Source: Parcubacteria group bacterium GW2011_GWC1_36_108
GTDB taxonomy: Bacteria > Patescibacteriota > Minisyncoccia > Moranbacterales > GWC2-37-73
Direction: 5' to 3'
NCBI GenBank assembly: GCA_000991245.1
Contig: LBRD01000004.1
Location: forward strand, 26,235 to 90,234
DNA: 64,000 nt
Below are positions 10,184 through 19,979 of the stretch, in pieces. Position 1 is the first letter of the stretch. Every line of letters begins with the position of its first letter. Position numbers and translations under genes: made by a program. The notes beneath the pieces are model-generated. The model did not search any database. It was given only the letters and a program-made list of their open reading frames with translations, and was not told where the DNA came from.

Positions 10184-11158
10184 ATGTTAATAGACGATAT
10201 TAAAATTGAAGTGGCTGCCGGAAATGGTGGCAAAGGCTGCGTGGCTTTCAACAAGAACTTGATGAGTCTTGGACCGGCTGGCGGAAGCGGAGGAAGAGGA
10301 GGATCTGTCATTTTTGTCGGTGTCTCCGACCTTAATGCGCTTGGACAATTTCGCTTCAGAAAGCAAGTCAACGCTGAAAACGGCCGGGAAGGCAAAGGTC
10401 AGTTTTGTGATGGACCAGATGCCAAGGATGAAATGATCAAAATTCCAGTTGGAACAGTTATCCATAACATCACCACTGGCATTGATCAGGAAATAACCAA
10501 GGTTGGACAAGAAATTTTGATTGCCAAAGGAGGACGAGGAGGAAGAGGAAATTTTCAATTTCGAGGATCCAGAAATACAACACCAAAAGAATTTGAAGAG
10601 GGAAAACCAGGAGAGGGCTTTGAATTGCGACTGGAACTTAAAATGATTGCAGACATCGGCTTTGTCGGACTTCCTAATCTTGGAAAATCATCTCTTCTCA
10701 ATGAACTTACCAATGCCAACGTAAAAGTTGCCAATTATCAATTCACCACGCTTGAGCCAAACCTTGGCGTGTATTATGGTCTTATTTTGGCTGACATTCC
10801 AGGACTAATTGAGGGAGCTTCAGATGGTAAAGGCTTGGGAATAAAATTTTTAAAACACGTCGAACGCACCAAAATTATTTTCCATTTTCTCGCTGCTGAC
10901 AGTGAGGATATTATGGCTGACTATAAAACTATTCGAGCCGAACTTAAAGCTTTCAATCCAGCTTTATTAGAAAAACCTGAATATATCCTAGTTTCCCGCT
11001 CTGATATGGTTGATGAAAAACAGCTTAAGAAAATTATTACCAGAGCCAAGAAGATCAACAAAAATGCTGCGCCTATTTCCATCCACAACTGGGATCAAAT
11101 CCAAAAAATCAAAGAAATCTTAAATAAAATGGACGAAGAAAAACAGAGTGGTAACTAG
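10184..11158 (+). CDS. obg: GTPase Obg/CgtA (no C-terminal OCT domain)
   Basis: Gly-rich Obg fold, GLPNLGKSS, FTTLEPNLG, DIPGLIEGAS, FLKHVER. Confidence 0.95.
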   Translation: MLIDDIKIEVAAGNGGKGCVAFNKNLMSLGPAGGSGGRGGSVIFVGVSDLNALGQFRFRKQVNAENGREGKGQFCDGPDAKDEMIKIPVGTVIHNITTGIDQEITKVGQEILIAKGGRGGRGNFQFRGSRNTTPKEFEEGKPGEGFELRLELKMIADIGFVGLPNLGKSSLLNELTNANVKVANYQFTTLEPNLGVYYGLILADIPGLIEGASDGKGLGIKFLKHVERTKIIFHFLAADSEDIMADYKTIRAELKAFNPALLEKPEYILVSRSDMVDEKQLKKIITRAKKINKNAAPISIHNWDQIQKIKEILNKMDEEKQSGN

Positions 11159-11193
11159 CAACTAGTAATTGGTCACTAGCAAAACAAGAATTA

Positions 11194-11225
11194 AAAAAAT
11201 CCAAACGATCTGTTTGGATTTTTTT
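11194..11225 (+). terminator. Intrinsic terminator after obg
   Basis: AAAAAATCCAAAC-gatct-GTTTGGATTTTTTT. Confidence 0.75.
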
Positions 11226-11236
11226 ATTTTATTTAC

Positions 11237-11412
11237 GCACATTGCGAAGTGCGTAGGTAAAACACGAGTGATGAGCGTTAAGAAATCGACACGAAGTCGT
11301 GTCGTCCCGCACTTGATGCGGGATCCAGAAAGTCTCACGGATTAGTAAATAACCTGGATTCCCGTTTTCACGGGAATGACAAAGTTACGTTTGCCCCAGC
11401 AACGAGCAGTGC
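11237..11412 (+). repeat. Structured repeat family C, copy 2
   Basis: GCACATTGCGAAGTGCGTAGG...AGTGATGAGCGTTAAGAAATCGACA, then REP doublet ending GGATTCCCGTTTTCACGGGAATGAC. Confidence 0.85.
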
Positions 11413-11450
11413 AAAAAAATACAAAATAAAAAAATCTACCCTCGCTCAAA

Positions 11451-11819
11451 TTACTCTTGCTCGGATGAGGAATGATGATTTTTACTTGGTTCAAAAGAAT
11501 GCAAAATCGCATTGACCAAAGAAAGAATCAAGCTGAACAAAAGTGCCCACCAAAAACTTTGCACATAAAAACCATCAACGATATTGCTAGTGAGCATTAT
11601 CATCCCAGCATTAATAACAAGCGTAAAAAGTCCCAATGTCAAAATTGTTATTGGCAGAGTCAGAATGATTAAGATAGGTTTTAAAATAGTGTTAAAAAGT
11701 CCCAACACCACAGCCACAATCAATGCCACAAAAAAACTTTTAAGGACAATCCCCGGCAACAAATAAGCCGTAATCATAATTGCCAAAGCCCGCAAAAACC
11801 AATGGAGAATTATATGCAT
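11451..11819 (-). CDS. YvlD/DUF360 (4-TM phage-holin-like) membrane protein
   Basis: N..LKPIL.ILTLPITILTLGLF.LVINA signature. Confidence 0.9.
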   Translation of the reverse strand: MHIILHWFLRALAIMITAYLLPGIVLKSFFVALIVAVVLGLFNTILKPILIILTLPITILTLGLFTLVINAGMIMLTSNIVDGFYVQSFWWALLFSLILSLVNAILHSFEPSKNHHSSSEQE

Positions 11820-11977
11820 AAATTTTTTATTTTATAATTATACATTTAGTATAGCATAATCACATATTTCTGCGTGAGTAATCAGTCAATGGTCATCAGT
11901 CATCAAGATTCAGCAAACGCAATGCCATCACGATTACTGATGACAGATTACCGATGACTCGTCATTTATTTCTCCAG

Positions 11978-12949
11978 TTATTTTATGCTATTGAAATAAT
12001 TTTTGATAATCTTTTCCACTTCCCCACTATTTTCCGTTTCCATCAACTTTGCGCGGAGTTCTTTGGCACCGTCAAATCCTGAAACATAGGCCTTAAAATG
12101 CTTTTTCATCACGTGATAACCTTTAATATTTTGGCTTGAAAGTTCTTTTTCAAAAAGTTTGCTATGCTCAATCATCACTGCAAATCTTTCTTTAAGCGGG
12201 ATGTTTTCGATTTTTATTTCTTTATTAAAAAACCAAGGATTGCCAAAAATTCCGCGGCCAACCATCACACCATCAACCTTCGACTGCTCAGCTTTTTTGT
12301 TTCCATCTTCCAAGCTTTCAACATCGCCATTACCAATAATCAAAACGCCGCTTCCACTGGCAATTTCCTTGGCGCGAGCAATCACGTCCCAATGCGCAGG
12401 AACTTCTGACATTTCTTTTTTTGTGCGTCCGTGGATTGTAATTACGGCTGGTTTTTCTGCCAAAATTTCAGGCAGCCAAGTCTCAATTTCATTTTTTGAA
12501 AATCCAATACGCGTTTTCACTGATACCGGCATTTCTCCTGCGCCGTCTTTGGCTGCGCGAATAATCTCGCGAGCAAGTTTTGGATTTTTCATCAGTGCTG
12601 ACCCTGCACCTTGTTTGATAATTGCTTTGTCAGGGCACCCCATATTAATATCGACACCATCAAAACCAAGCTTTTTCACTAATTGCGCAGCTTTTTTGAT
12701 ATTTTCGGGATTTGCTCCAAAAATTTGGGCCACAATTGGATGTTCGTTTTTATTAAAACGTAAATCCTTGATCAAAACTTCTCGTCCTTTTTCGCTAGCA
12801 AGTCCATCAGCACTGACAAATTCAGTATAAAGAACATCTGGTTTGCCATATTTAACAAGCATCTGCCTCTCAGCAATGTCAGTAACGTCAGCCATCGGTG
12901 CCAACACAAAAAACGGTTTCTTCAATTTTTCCCAAAAATTCTTTTTCAT
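11978..12949 (-). CDS. dus: tRNA-dihydrouridine synthase (Dus family)
   Basis: LAPMADVTD, DINMGCP, VSVKTRIG, IHGRT, GNGD, MVGRG; probable start MKKNFW. Confidence 0.93.
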   Translation of the reverse strand: MKKNFWEKLKKPFFVLAPMADVTDIAERQMLVKYGKPDVLYTEFVSADGLASEKGREVLIKDLRFNKNEHPIVAQIFGANPENIKKAAQLVKKLGFDGVDINMGCPDKAIIKQGAGSALMKNPKLAREIIRAAKDGAGEMPVSVKTRIGFSKNEIETWLPEILAEKPAVITIHGRTKKEMSEVPAHWDVIARAKEIASGSGVLIIGNGDVESLEDGNKKAEQSKVDGVMVGRGIFGNPWFFNKEIKIENIPLKERFAVMIEHSKLFEKELSSQNIKGYHVMKKHFKAYVSGFDGAKELRAKLMETENSGEVEKIIKNYFNSIK

Positions 12950-13027
12950 ATCTAACAAGAATAATCTACTTTCACTTATATTTCAAGCTCTTGTGTTTCA
13001 TATACTTTTTTTGATTTATTCCTTCTA

Positions 13028-13172
13028 TGCATTGCGAAGTGCGTAGGCAAAAGACGAGTGATGAGCGTTAAGAAATCGACATAGCAATGTCGTCCCGGAC
13101 AGTAGATCCGGGATCCAGGACCAAAAAAGATGTGCGTGCCAAATCCTGGATTCCCGCCTACGCGGGAATGAC
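13028..13172 (+). repeat. Structured repeat family C, copy 3
   Basis: Same arm and invariant 25-mer, followed by REP doublet ending GGATTCCCGCCTACGCGGGAATGAC. Confidence 0.85.
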
Positions 13173-13266
13173 AAAATATATTCATCTCAACAACAAGCAC
13201 GTGTGAAAAAAGAAAATAAAAAGCCAGCACACAGCTGACTTTTTATTATTTTTCGTATTCCCCTAC

Positions 13267-13282
13267 TCCGCCAGCTGGCGGA
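13267..13282. repeat. Short GC-rich perfect palindrome in a heptamer tract
   Basis: TCCGCCAGCTGGCGGA flanked by CCTAC/TAATTCCTAATACCTAC repeats. Confidence 0.6.
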
Positions 13283-13311
13283 CTAATTCCTAATACCTAC
13301 AACCTGACCCC

Positions 13312-13686
13312 TTATTCCCCTGTTGTTGTTCCCCCATTAGCTTTCTTGAAAGCTACTTTCCAAGCTGGTTCGTATTCATTGTCCCACTCATCTTTCACCA
13401 CCACAGTTTCACCTTTCATCAAAGTTGAAAGCGCAATGTCATTCATCATTTCTTTTTCCGTTTCCACTTCGTGTTTCAAATCTTCAAGTTTTTCATATGC
13501 GCGACCAAGTTGCAATTGAATGCGAGCCTCAATAGCTTGCTTTTTTTCTCGCAAAACTTTGATCTCTTCCACAATTTCCTCATATTCATCAGCTTGCACC
13601 AATGCATCTTTGTACATATCACGTAAATCTTTTTGTTCTTTTTTCATTTCACGAATGTGATTGAAAACCTCTTGAATGTTTTGCAT
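13312..13686 (-). CDS. Hypothetical coiled-coil protein
   Basis: 124-aa charged helical ORF. Confidence 0.8.
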   Translation of the reverse strand: MQNIQEVFNHIREMKKEQKDLRDMYKDALVQADEYEEIVEEIKVLREKKQAIEARIQLQLGRAYEKLEDLKHEVETEKEMMNDIALSTLMKGETVVVKDEWDNEYEPAWKVAFKKANGGTTTGE

Positions 13687-13914
13687 AAATATTAACTCAC
13701 GACTTACAACTTACAACTTACAACATTTTTATTTTTTGTTGTCAGTTGTTTGTTGTCGGTTGTTTGTTGTTTGTTATTAGTTAGTTCTACAACGTTTTTC
13801 CATCATAACATATTTTAAAAAAACAAAAAAGGTGTCGCTAATTACAAGCGCACACCAATTTTTTTGTTTTGTTTTTGTTTTTATTTTTACTTCTCTATTT
13901 AAATTACCAATTTT

Positions 13915-14562
13915 TTATAAATACCTTTCAAGCTTACTGTAATATAGATCAACATCGCTAATCCATTTGTTTTCAGCCACTGTTTTTGTAGCATCCTGAC
14001 AACCATATCCACATTTCCAAATAACCATTTCTTTTGGTGTATCAACTTTTTCCTCCGCTACTAATTCATCAATACGCTGCGCGATAACAGAAACTGCTTG
14101 CTCGGGAGAATCAAAACAAGTATGACCACCACTACCCATCCTTTCGGCTTTCAAACGAAATCCCCAATAATTATAACAATCTTGTCCCGCCAAAACTGGA
14201 TGACGTTTTCCCCAGGCACTTTCCTTTTTTGCAATCGCAACAAGAAAAGCTGCTGTTTTTGGATCTTGCTGCAAAATATATGGAACCATTTTTTCGATAG
14301 GATATCCTGCCACCATTTGTTTGATTTCAAGATCAAGAGGTGTAGCTGCTTTAATTTGAACGGGTTGTTCGGCAACTTTTTTGATATTTTTTTCTACTGC
14401 CTGGCTCATAGTCATAACAGTCGTCACAAAAATAATACTAATGATAAGCATTAAAATTCGACTACGATCAGGGTTAATATTTCCCAAGGTTAAAACATTA
14501 GCCTTTCTTTTTGGCTTACCTGTAACCTTTTTATTTATTTTTTTATTTGTTTTTTTATTCAT
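13915..14562 (-). CDS. Membrane-anchored protein with lysozyme-like (glucosaminidase/SLT-like) motif
   Basis: TM segment, then AIAKKESAWG...NYWG pattern; fold call is inference. Confidence 0.6.
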   Translation of the reverse strand: MNKKTNKKINKKVTGKPKRKANVLTLGNINPDRSRILMLIISIIFVTTVMTMSQAVEKNIKKVAEQPVQIKAATPLDLEIKQMVAGYPIEKMVPYILQQDPKTAAFLVAIAKKESAWGKRHPVLAGQDCYNYWGFRLKAERMGSGGHTCFDSPEQAVSVIAQRIDELVAEEKVDTPKEMVIWKCGYGCQDATKTVAENKWISDVDLYYSKLERYL

Positions 14563-14824
14563 ATTTCTTTGCCTTTCAAAGCATTTTACTAAATACTCTC
14601 AGCACAATAATGGCTTACACAGGCTAATTTTATGGAAAAAATAAGCAAAAACGGGCTTTCACCCGTTTCGACTCTATCTATTCCAATATATTCATTATAC
14701 GCCTAATTTTAACAAAAGTCAATGGCAACAGGGTCGTAAGGTTCGTAAAGTCATACAGAATATTTTTTGATTTTTAATTATTGAAATTTATTTGTATCTC
14801 GTATCTTGTTTTTTGGTTATTATT

Positions 14825-16051
14825 TTATATGTATTTTTTATTTTTAAGTTTGGCAGGCAAATATTCTTGTCCCTCACTATCTTCTACTGGCGTATATTTA
14901 TATCCTTTTCCATATCCTAATTTTTCCATTAATTTTGTGGGAGCATTTCTAATGTGCATCGGCACTGGCAGATTTCCGTATTCCTCAACATCCTTTTTAG
15001 CTTTATTATATGCAAAATATGCGCTCACACTTTTTGGAGCTTTAGCTAAATAAATTACCAGCTGCGAAAGATGCACGCTGCATTCCGGATAACCCAACTT
15101 GTGACAAGCGTCAAAAACATTATTCGCCAAAACCAATGCAAAATTATCAGCCAAACCGATGTCTTCAGAAGCAAAACGAAGGAGCCTGCGCGCAACGTAA
15201 GTTGGTTGTTCTCCGCCCTCTAGCATTCTGGCTAACCAATAAACACTAGCATCAGCGTCGCCGCCACGCATTGATTTATGCAGCGCTGAAATAATATTGT
15301 AGTGCTCCTCTCCGCCTTTATCGTAATATAAATGCGACTTTTGAATAATCTGTCGCAATAATTCTCGTGTAATAATATTACTTTGATTTGCAGCTGCTTC
15401 CAAAGTATTAAGCGCCATACGAGCATCGCCATTAGCTAGTAGCGCAATTTCTTTGACCATCTCAGGAGTGATTTCAATTTCTTTCTCGCCTAATCCTTTC
15501 TCTTTGTCAGTAAGCGCTTTTTGAATAATTTTTTCCAAATCTTTAACTTCCAATTTGCTGAGCACAAAAACTCGCGTGCGAGAAACGAGCGCAGAGTTCA
15601 CTTCAAAGCTAGGATTTTCAGTAGTTGCTCCAATTAGTGTCATCAAACCTCTTTCCACGTGCGGCAAAAGCGCATCCTGCTGGGCTTTGTTCCAACGATG
15701 AATTTCATCGACAAATAAAATTGTCTTTTTTTGTTGCCATTGATTTTCTTCTGCTTTAGAAATAGTTTTTCTAAGTTCCTTGATTCCACTAGTAACCGCA
15801 CTTATTTTAATAAATTCAGCCTTAGTTTCATTGGCGATAATTGCAGCCAAAGTTGTTTTCCCGCTGCCTGGTGGTCCCCATAAAATCATTGAGGGGACTT
15901 GATCTGCCTCAATTGCTTTTTTCAAAAATGATTGCTCGCCCACCAATTCTTGTTGACCAAAAAACTCCTCCAGTGTTTGAGGTCGCATCCTGTCTGCTAG
16001 TGGTGCATTTTGAAATTGAGTTTCTTTTGTCATAGCACCAGTATAACGCAT
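14825..16051 (-). CDS. rarA: Replication-associated recombination protein A (RarA/MgsA); start may be 16033
   Basis: [47 protein letters not shown]. Confidence 0.95.
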   Translation of the reverse strand: MRYTGAMTKETQFQNAPLADRMRPQTLEEFFGQQELVGEQSFLKKAIEADQVPSMILWGPPGSGKTTLAAIIANETKAEFIKISAVTSGIKELRKTISKAEENQWQQKKTILFVDEIHRWNKAQQDALLPHVERGLMTLIGATTENPSFEVNSALVSRTRVFVLSKLEVKDLEKIIQKALTDKEKGLGEKEIEITPEMVKEIALLANGDARMALNTLEAAANQSNIITRELLRQIIQKSHLYYDKGGEEHYNIISALHKSMRGGDADASVYWLARMLEGGEQPTYVARRLLRFASEDIGLADNFALVLANNVFDACHKLGYPECSVHLSQLVIYLAKAPKSVSAYFAYNKAKKDVEEYGNLPVPMHIRNAPTKLMEKLGYGKGYKYTPVEDSEGQEYLPAKLKNKKYI

Positions 16052-16323
16052 TATTTCATATTCTCAATATCTTTTCTTTTTTGCTCAAATTCTTCCTTAT
16101 TGATTTCGCCTTTTGCATAGCGCTCTTTGAGAATTTTTAAAGCCGAATTTTCTTTATCTTGCATGCGCCAATCCAAACCACTTTTTCCACTTACAGCTCT
16201 GACAAAAGCAATAATTGCCCAGATAATCAAAGCCCAGATAATAATTGTAATAATCCAGCCAAAACCAAAACCGCCATATCCCATCATTTGGCCATATCCC
16301 CAATCTCCATATCTTCCCATCAT
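16051..16323 (-). CDS. SHOCT-domain small membrane protein
   Basis: MMG/GFG-rich N-terminus, TM segment, ALKILKERYAKGEINKEEF. Confidence 0.88.
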   Translation of the reverse strand: MMGRYGDWGYGQMMGYGGFGFGWIITIIIWALIIWAIIAFVRAVSGKSGLDWRMQDKENSALKILKERYAKGEINKEEFEQKRKDIENMK

Positions 16324-16450
16324 AAGACATCCACCTCCTTCTACTTTTTAAATTTAACTTCCTTCCTTTGTAATACGCCTTTTTTAGATAAAAAATCTCA
16401 AAAGACGCCTAGGGGGCGTCTTTTGAAAAAAAATATTCAATTATTGATCT

Positions 16451-16936
16451 CTATTTTTTTATTTTTTGATAAAAACTATTTTTCAGGATAATCGGCAAAA
16501 CATATTTATACATTAAAAAAGAAACGACAAAAGCAATTATTATGCTACCTGCAATGTCCACTGCGTGATGAACGCCAGCCAAGACCCGCGAGGTTCCAAC
16601 TAATAACGCCAAGATTAAAAGAAGGGCACCGAGTTTTTTATTGAAAAAATAAACAACTGAAGCTACGGCTGCGCTAAGGAGCGTGTGATCTGATGGAAAG
16701 CCGTTATTATCGGCATGCGGAATAAGCGGAACAAACTGTTCAACCACAAATGGACGGGGATTATAATAAAAAAGAGAAGAAATTTTTGCCATCAGATAAA
16801 TTACTGGCAAAGTGATGACTGCAAAAACGATTATTTCCATCTTTTTTTCGCGAGAAAGTTTCAAGAAAAACACGAATGCAATTAAAATCATCACCGCCGT
16901 CAAATGTCTAGCTCCAAATATTATTATGCTGTCCAT
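16451..16936 (-). CDS. PAP2-family phosphatase (BcrC-like undecaprenyl-diphosphatase)
   Basis: PRPF, FPSDH, SRVLAGVH. Confidence 0.9.
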   Translation of the reverse strand: MDSIIIFGARHLTAVMILIAFVFFLKLSREKKMEIIVFAVITLPVIYLMAKISSLFYYNPRPFVVEQFVPLIPHADNNGFPSDHTLLSAAVASVVYFFNKKLGALLLILALLVGTSRVLAGVHHAVDIAGSIIIAFVVSFLMYKYVLPIILKNSFYQKIKK

Positions 16937-17101
16937 ATTTTTATATCCAATAAATTAAAAAATGTACTTAAATTCTAGCATAAAAACACTCTTAATGGGA
17001 ATTTTCTTTAATTTTTACCATTTTGTTGAAAATTTCCTGTATGAAGAAATAGTCTTTTTGGGCGTATAATATAATTGCGGACATAAAATTTAAAAACAAC
17101 T

Positions 17102-18133
17102 ATGAAAAAAATATCTACCATCATAGGAATCGTATTGCTTTTATCTTTGGCAATTTTTTCAACTTTCTATTTTAGAAATAAAACTGTTGAAAAAACAACA
17201 CCAACAGAAGTAAAAAATGAAATTAAAAAACAAGAAACCGAGCCACGGTGGCCAGCGCTCACAAAAGATTCTATTCCTACAATGGCTAACAAAAATTTTA
17301 CTGGCTCCGATTTGCAGCTGGTAAAATTTTTAGATAAAAATGATTTTTACACGCGTTATTCAATCACATATAAAAGCGAAGGTTTTAAGATTTCTGGAAT
17401 TTTGAATGTTCCTGTTGGCAAGGGACCCTTTCCTGTTCTTTTTTTGAATCACGGCTTTATTGATCCAAAATTTTACACCAATGGACAAGGACTGAAACGT
17501 GAACAAGATTTTTTTGCTAAAAATGGTTACGTTGTTTTGCATAGTGATTATCGTAACCATGCTGAGTCTGATTTTGATCCTGAAAATGATGTGCGACCGC
17601 GCTCTGGTTATGTTGAAGATGTTTTGAATGCTATCAGTGCTGTGAAAAATTCTTCTTTTGAATTTTTTGACAAGGAAAATATCGGTATGCTTGGACATTC
17701 AATGGGCGGCGGCATCACGCTCAACGTGATGGTAACCAAACCTGACATTGCCAAGGCCTATGTTCTTTTGGCCCCTATTAATGCTGATTATAAAATAAAC
17801 TTCGAAAAATGGGTAATTCCCGATGAAGATTTTTCCGGTATCGCTGAAAAATTCTACCAGCAATATGGAACATATGAAGAAAATCCTGAATTTTGGAAAA
17901 ATATTTCAGCTATAAATTATTTGGACAAAATAAAATCCCCAGTGCTGCTTCACCAAGGAGCAAAAGACAAAGATGTACCAGTTCAGTGGTCGCGTGATCT
18001 TGCGCAAAATTTGAAAGCTGCAGGGAAAGATATTACCTACTTCGAATATCCCAATGGTCCGCACACTTTCATCAACGAACAATCAATCGTAATGCAACGC
18101 ACGCTGGAATTTTTCGACAAAAATCTCAAGTAA
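17102..18133 (+). CDS. Secreted/anchored alpha/beta hydrolase (peptidase S9-like)
   Basis: GHSMGG nucleophile, DKDVP, GPH; N-terminal TM segment. Confidence 0.88.
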   Translation: MKKISTIIGIVLLLSLAIFSTFYFRNKTVEKTTPTEVKNEIKKQETEPRWPALTKDSIPTMANKNFTGSDLQLVKFLDKNDFYTRYSITYKSEGFKISGILNVPVGKGPFPVLFLNHGFIDPKFYTNGQGLKREQDFFAKNGYVVLHSDYRNHAESDFDPENDVRPRSGYVEDVLNAISAVKNSSFEFFDKENIGMLGHSMGGGITLNVMVTKPDIAKAYVLLAPINADYKINFEKWVIPDEDFSGIAEKFYQQYGTYEENPEFWKNISAINYLDKIKSPVLLHQGAKDKDVPVQWSRDLAQNLKAAGKDITYFEYPNGPHTFINEQSIVMQRTLEFFDKNLK

Positions 18134-18146
18134 AAAAATCTTTGAA

Positions 18147-18260
18147 TTTTTTGTTTGCCTGTTTTCTTTTTGGCCAATTATTGCGATAGCAATTCTTTGA
18201 GTTCTTGACCATAGTCTTGGGTCAAGAACGTGCTCAAAAAGGAAACAGGCAAACAAAAAA
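18147..18260 (+). repeat. Structured repeat family B, copy 1 (three-way-junction RNA-like)
   Basis: Near-identical to 57525-57640, with compensatory changes. Confidence 0.85.
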
Positions 18261-18329
18261 TAAGCATTAAACTTAATGCTTATTACATTATATATAATAC
18301 TTTTTATATTTTAAACAAAGTATCTTGAA

Positions 18330-19382
18330 TTACTTTTTCATAAATTCCGGTTTTTTTATCAGGCCTCTTTTGCTTCTTTTTTGCGCTTGGGCTGAATTTT
18401 TCTCTTTCTTGGCTTTAAAATGATCAAGGCTTCCAGAGAGCTTGATAAAGCTGTCATACCTTTGCTGGTCAATTTTACCCTCTTTTAGGGCATCAAGGAC
18501 TGCGCATCCTGGGCTCTGTACGTGGTCACAGTCATTAAATTTACAATGCTGGGCAAAGATCTCAATGTCGTCAAAAGCCTCGCCTAGAGCATCCTGAGAA
18601 GCCCAGAGCCCCAATTCTCGCATCCCTGGAGTGTCTATCAATAATCCACCAGAAGGAAGTAATAATAATTCCCTTTTGGTGGTTGTGTGACGTCCGCGAC
18701 TATCATCAAGTCGCACCTCTTGAGTCTTTTGCAAATCAATTCCCAACAAAGCATTTACTAAAGTGGATTTCCCCACACCAGAAGATCCCACAAAAACCAC
18801 ACTTGACCCTTCTTGAATTAGATCGCGTACATCCTCCACTCCTTGACCACTGTGCGCGCTAACCAAAAATATTTTAATCCCTGAAATTTTTCGAGATACT
18901 TCTTCAAGCTTCGCCTTTGGATCAGGAGATAAATCAACCTTATTCAAAATAACAATTGGCTCACACCCCCCTTCTTTAGACATCGCAACATATCTCTCAA
19001 GCCTGCTAATATTAAAATCTCCATCCAATCCCTGCACAATAAAAACAATGTCAATATTGGCAGCAATGATTTGTTCTGCTACATCTTCGCCTGCACGCTT
19101 CCTACTTATCTTGGTTTTTCTCGGCAATACAGACTTTATAATAGCCTTAGCTTCACCAGAAAGTTTTTCTATAGTAACCCAGTCACCAACTTTTGGATAA
19201 TCAGCTTCCGACTCAGCGCTGCGCATAAATTTTCCTTGTATAATACCCTCCAATTCCCCACTTTCGGCGTACAACAAATAACCGCCCCTGTTTTCCACAG
19301 CCACCCGCGCAATATTTTTTTCATCAATGTTTTCGGGTAAGGACTTTTTATACAAATCCCAACCGAGTGTTTTTAAATCCAT
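18330..19382 (-). CDS. rsgA: Ribosome small subunit-dependent GTPase RsgA
   Basis: Circularly permuted: NKVD, GSSGVGKST, GRHTTT, DTPG, Zn site CKFNDCDH...GC. Confidence 0.95.
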   Translation of the reverse strand: MDLKTLGWDLYKKSLPENIDEKNIARVAVENRGGYLLYAESGELEGIIQGKFMRSAESEADYPKVGDWVTIEKLSGEAKAIIKSVLPRKTKISRKRAGEDVAEQIIAANIDIVFIVQGLDGDFNISRLERYVAMSKEGGCEPIVILNKVDLSPDPKAKLEEVSRKISGIKIFLVSAHSGQGVEDVRDLIQEGSSVVFVGSSGVGKSTLVNALLGIDLQKTQEVRLDDSRGRHTTTKRELLLLPSGGLLIDTPGMRELGLWASQDALGEAFDDIEIFAQHCKFNDCDHVQSPGCAVLDALKEGKIDQQRYDSFIKLSGSLDHFKAKKEKNSAQAQKRSKRGLIKKPEFMKK

Positions 19383-19420
19383 ATTTTAAATAATTTTCAA
19401 CGTCTTAATCTTTGAATAAG

Positions 19421-19536
19421 GAGCGAGCGAAAATACTTTTTCTTTTTTCACTTAAAACAAGTCTCTTTGGTGTTATGTCAAAAGTTGCAATTGTTTTTCT
19501 GTGACAAAAAGAAAAAGGTATTTTGAGCAAGCGACC
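19421..19536. repeat. Structured repeat family A, copy 2
   Basis: Same stem and 30-nt loop as 8601 and 51601. Confidence 0.85.
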
Positions 19537-19587
19537 AACCTTATCGTTAACAAATAAAGCATAGCACAATCAGAAAAATAGCAAAAC

Positions 19588-19611
19588 AAAAACCCTCCGA
19601 GGAGGGTTTTT
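19588..19611 (-). terminator. Terminator after the cold-shock gene
   Basis: AAAAACCCTCC-ga-GGAGGGTTTTT. Confidence 0.75.
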
Positions 19612-19637
19612 GTAAAAATATCTAAAATACGAAAGTA

Positions 19638-19841
19638 TTAGTTGATTTTTGAAACGTTGATTGCGTTTGGTCCTTTTGGGCTTTCGCTTACTTCGAACTC
19701 AACCTTGTCACCTTCTTGCAATTCGTTGAATTCAGCATTCTGAAGTTCTTTTGCATGAAAGAAAAGATCCTTATCACTTCCTTCTTGAGAAATGAATCCG
19801 AATCCTCGGTCTGTCAAACGTTTGATTGTTCCTTGGTTCAT
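19638..19841 (-). CDS. Cold-shock domain protein
   Basis: RGFGFI, DLFFH, KGPNA. Confidence 0.93.
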   Translation of the reverse strand: MNQGTIKRLTDRGFGFISQEGSDKDLFFHAKELQNAEFNELQEGDKVEFEVSESPKGPNAINVSKIN

Positions 19842-19979
19842 TGTGTTGTTTGATAGTTTTAGTTAAATGCACGTTTGGGCTGCGCCTATTAAAGCTCGAC
19901 TAGGCTATTGCGAAGTACCTACTATTGCCTTTTAATGATAGCATTTCTTGAGCAAAAAGTCAATAGACAGCGATATTCC

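Noticed and set aside
11265-11310. Hammerhead-like words in family C (GUGAUGAG...GAAA-stem-GUC)
   Set aside because: Core reads GUGAUGA rather than CUGAUGA, stem II cannot form and no stem I pairing is evident
11451-11819. Holin as evidence of a prophage
   Set aside because: YvlD/DUF360 is a common chromosomal membrane protein, and no phage structural genes are present
12159-12830. Long antisense ORFs (for example 223 aa opposite dus, 201 aa opposite yebC)
   Set aside because: Shadows of well-supported genes with no motifs of their own
13312-13686. GapR/DUF2312-like nucleoid protein
   Set aside because: Only generic coiled-coil resemblance; not supportable without an HMM search
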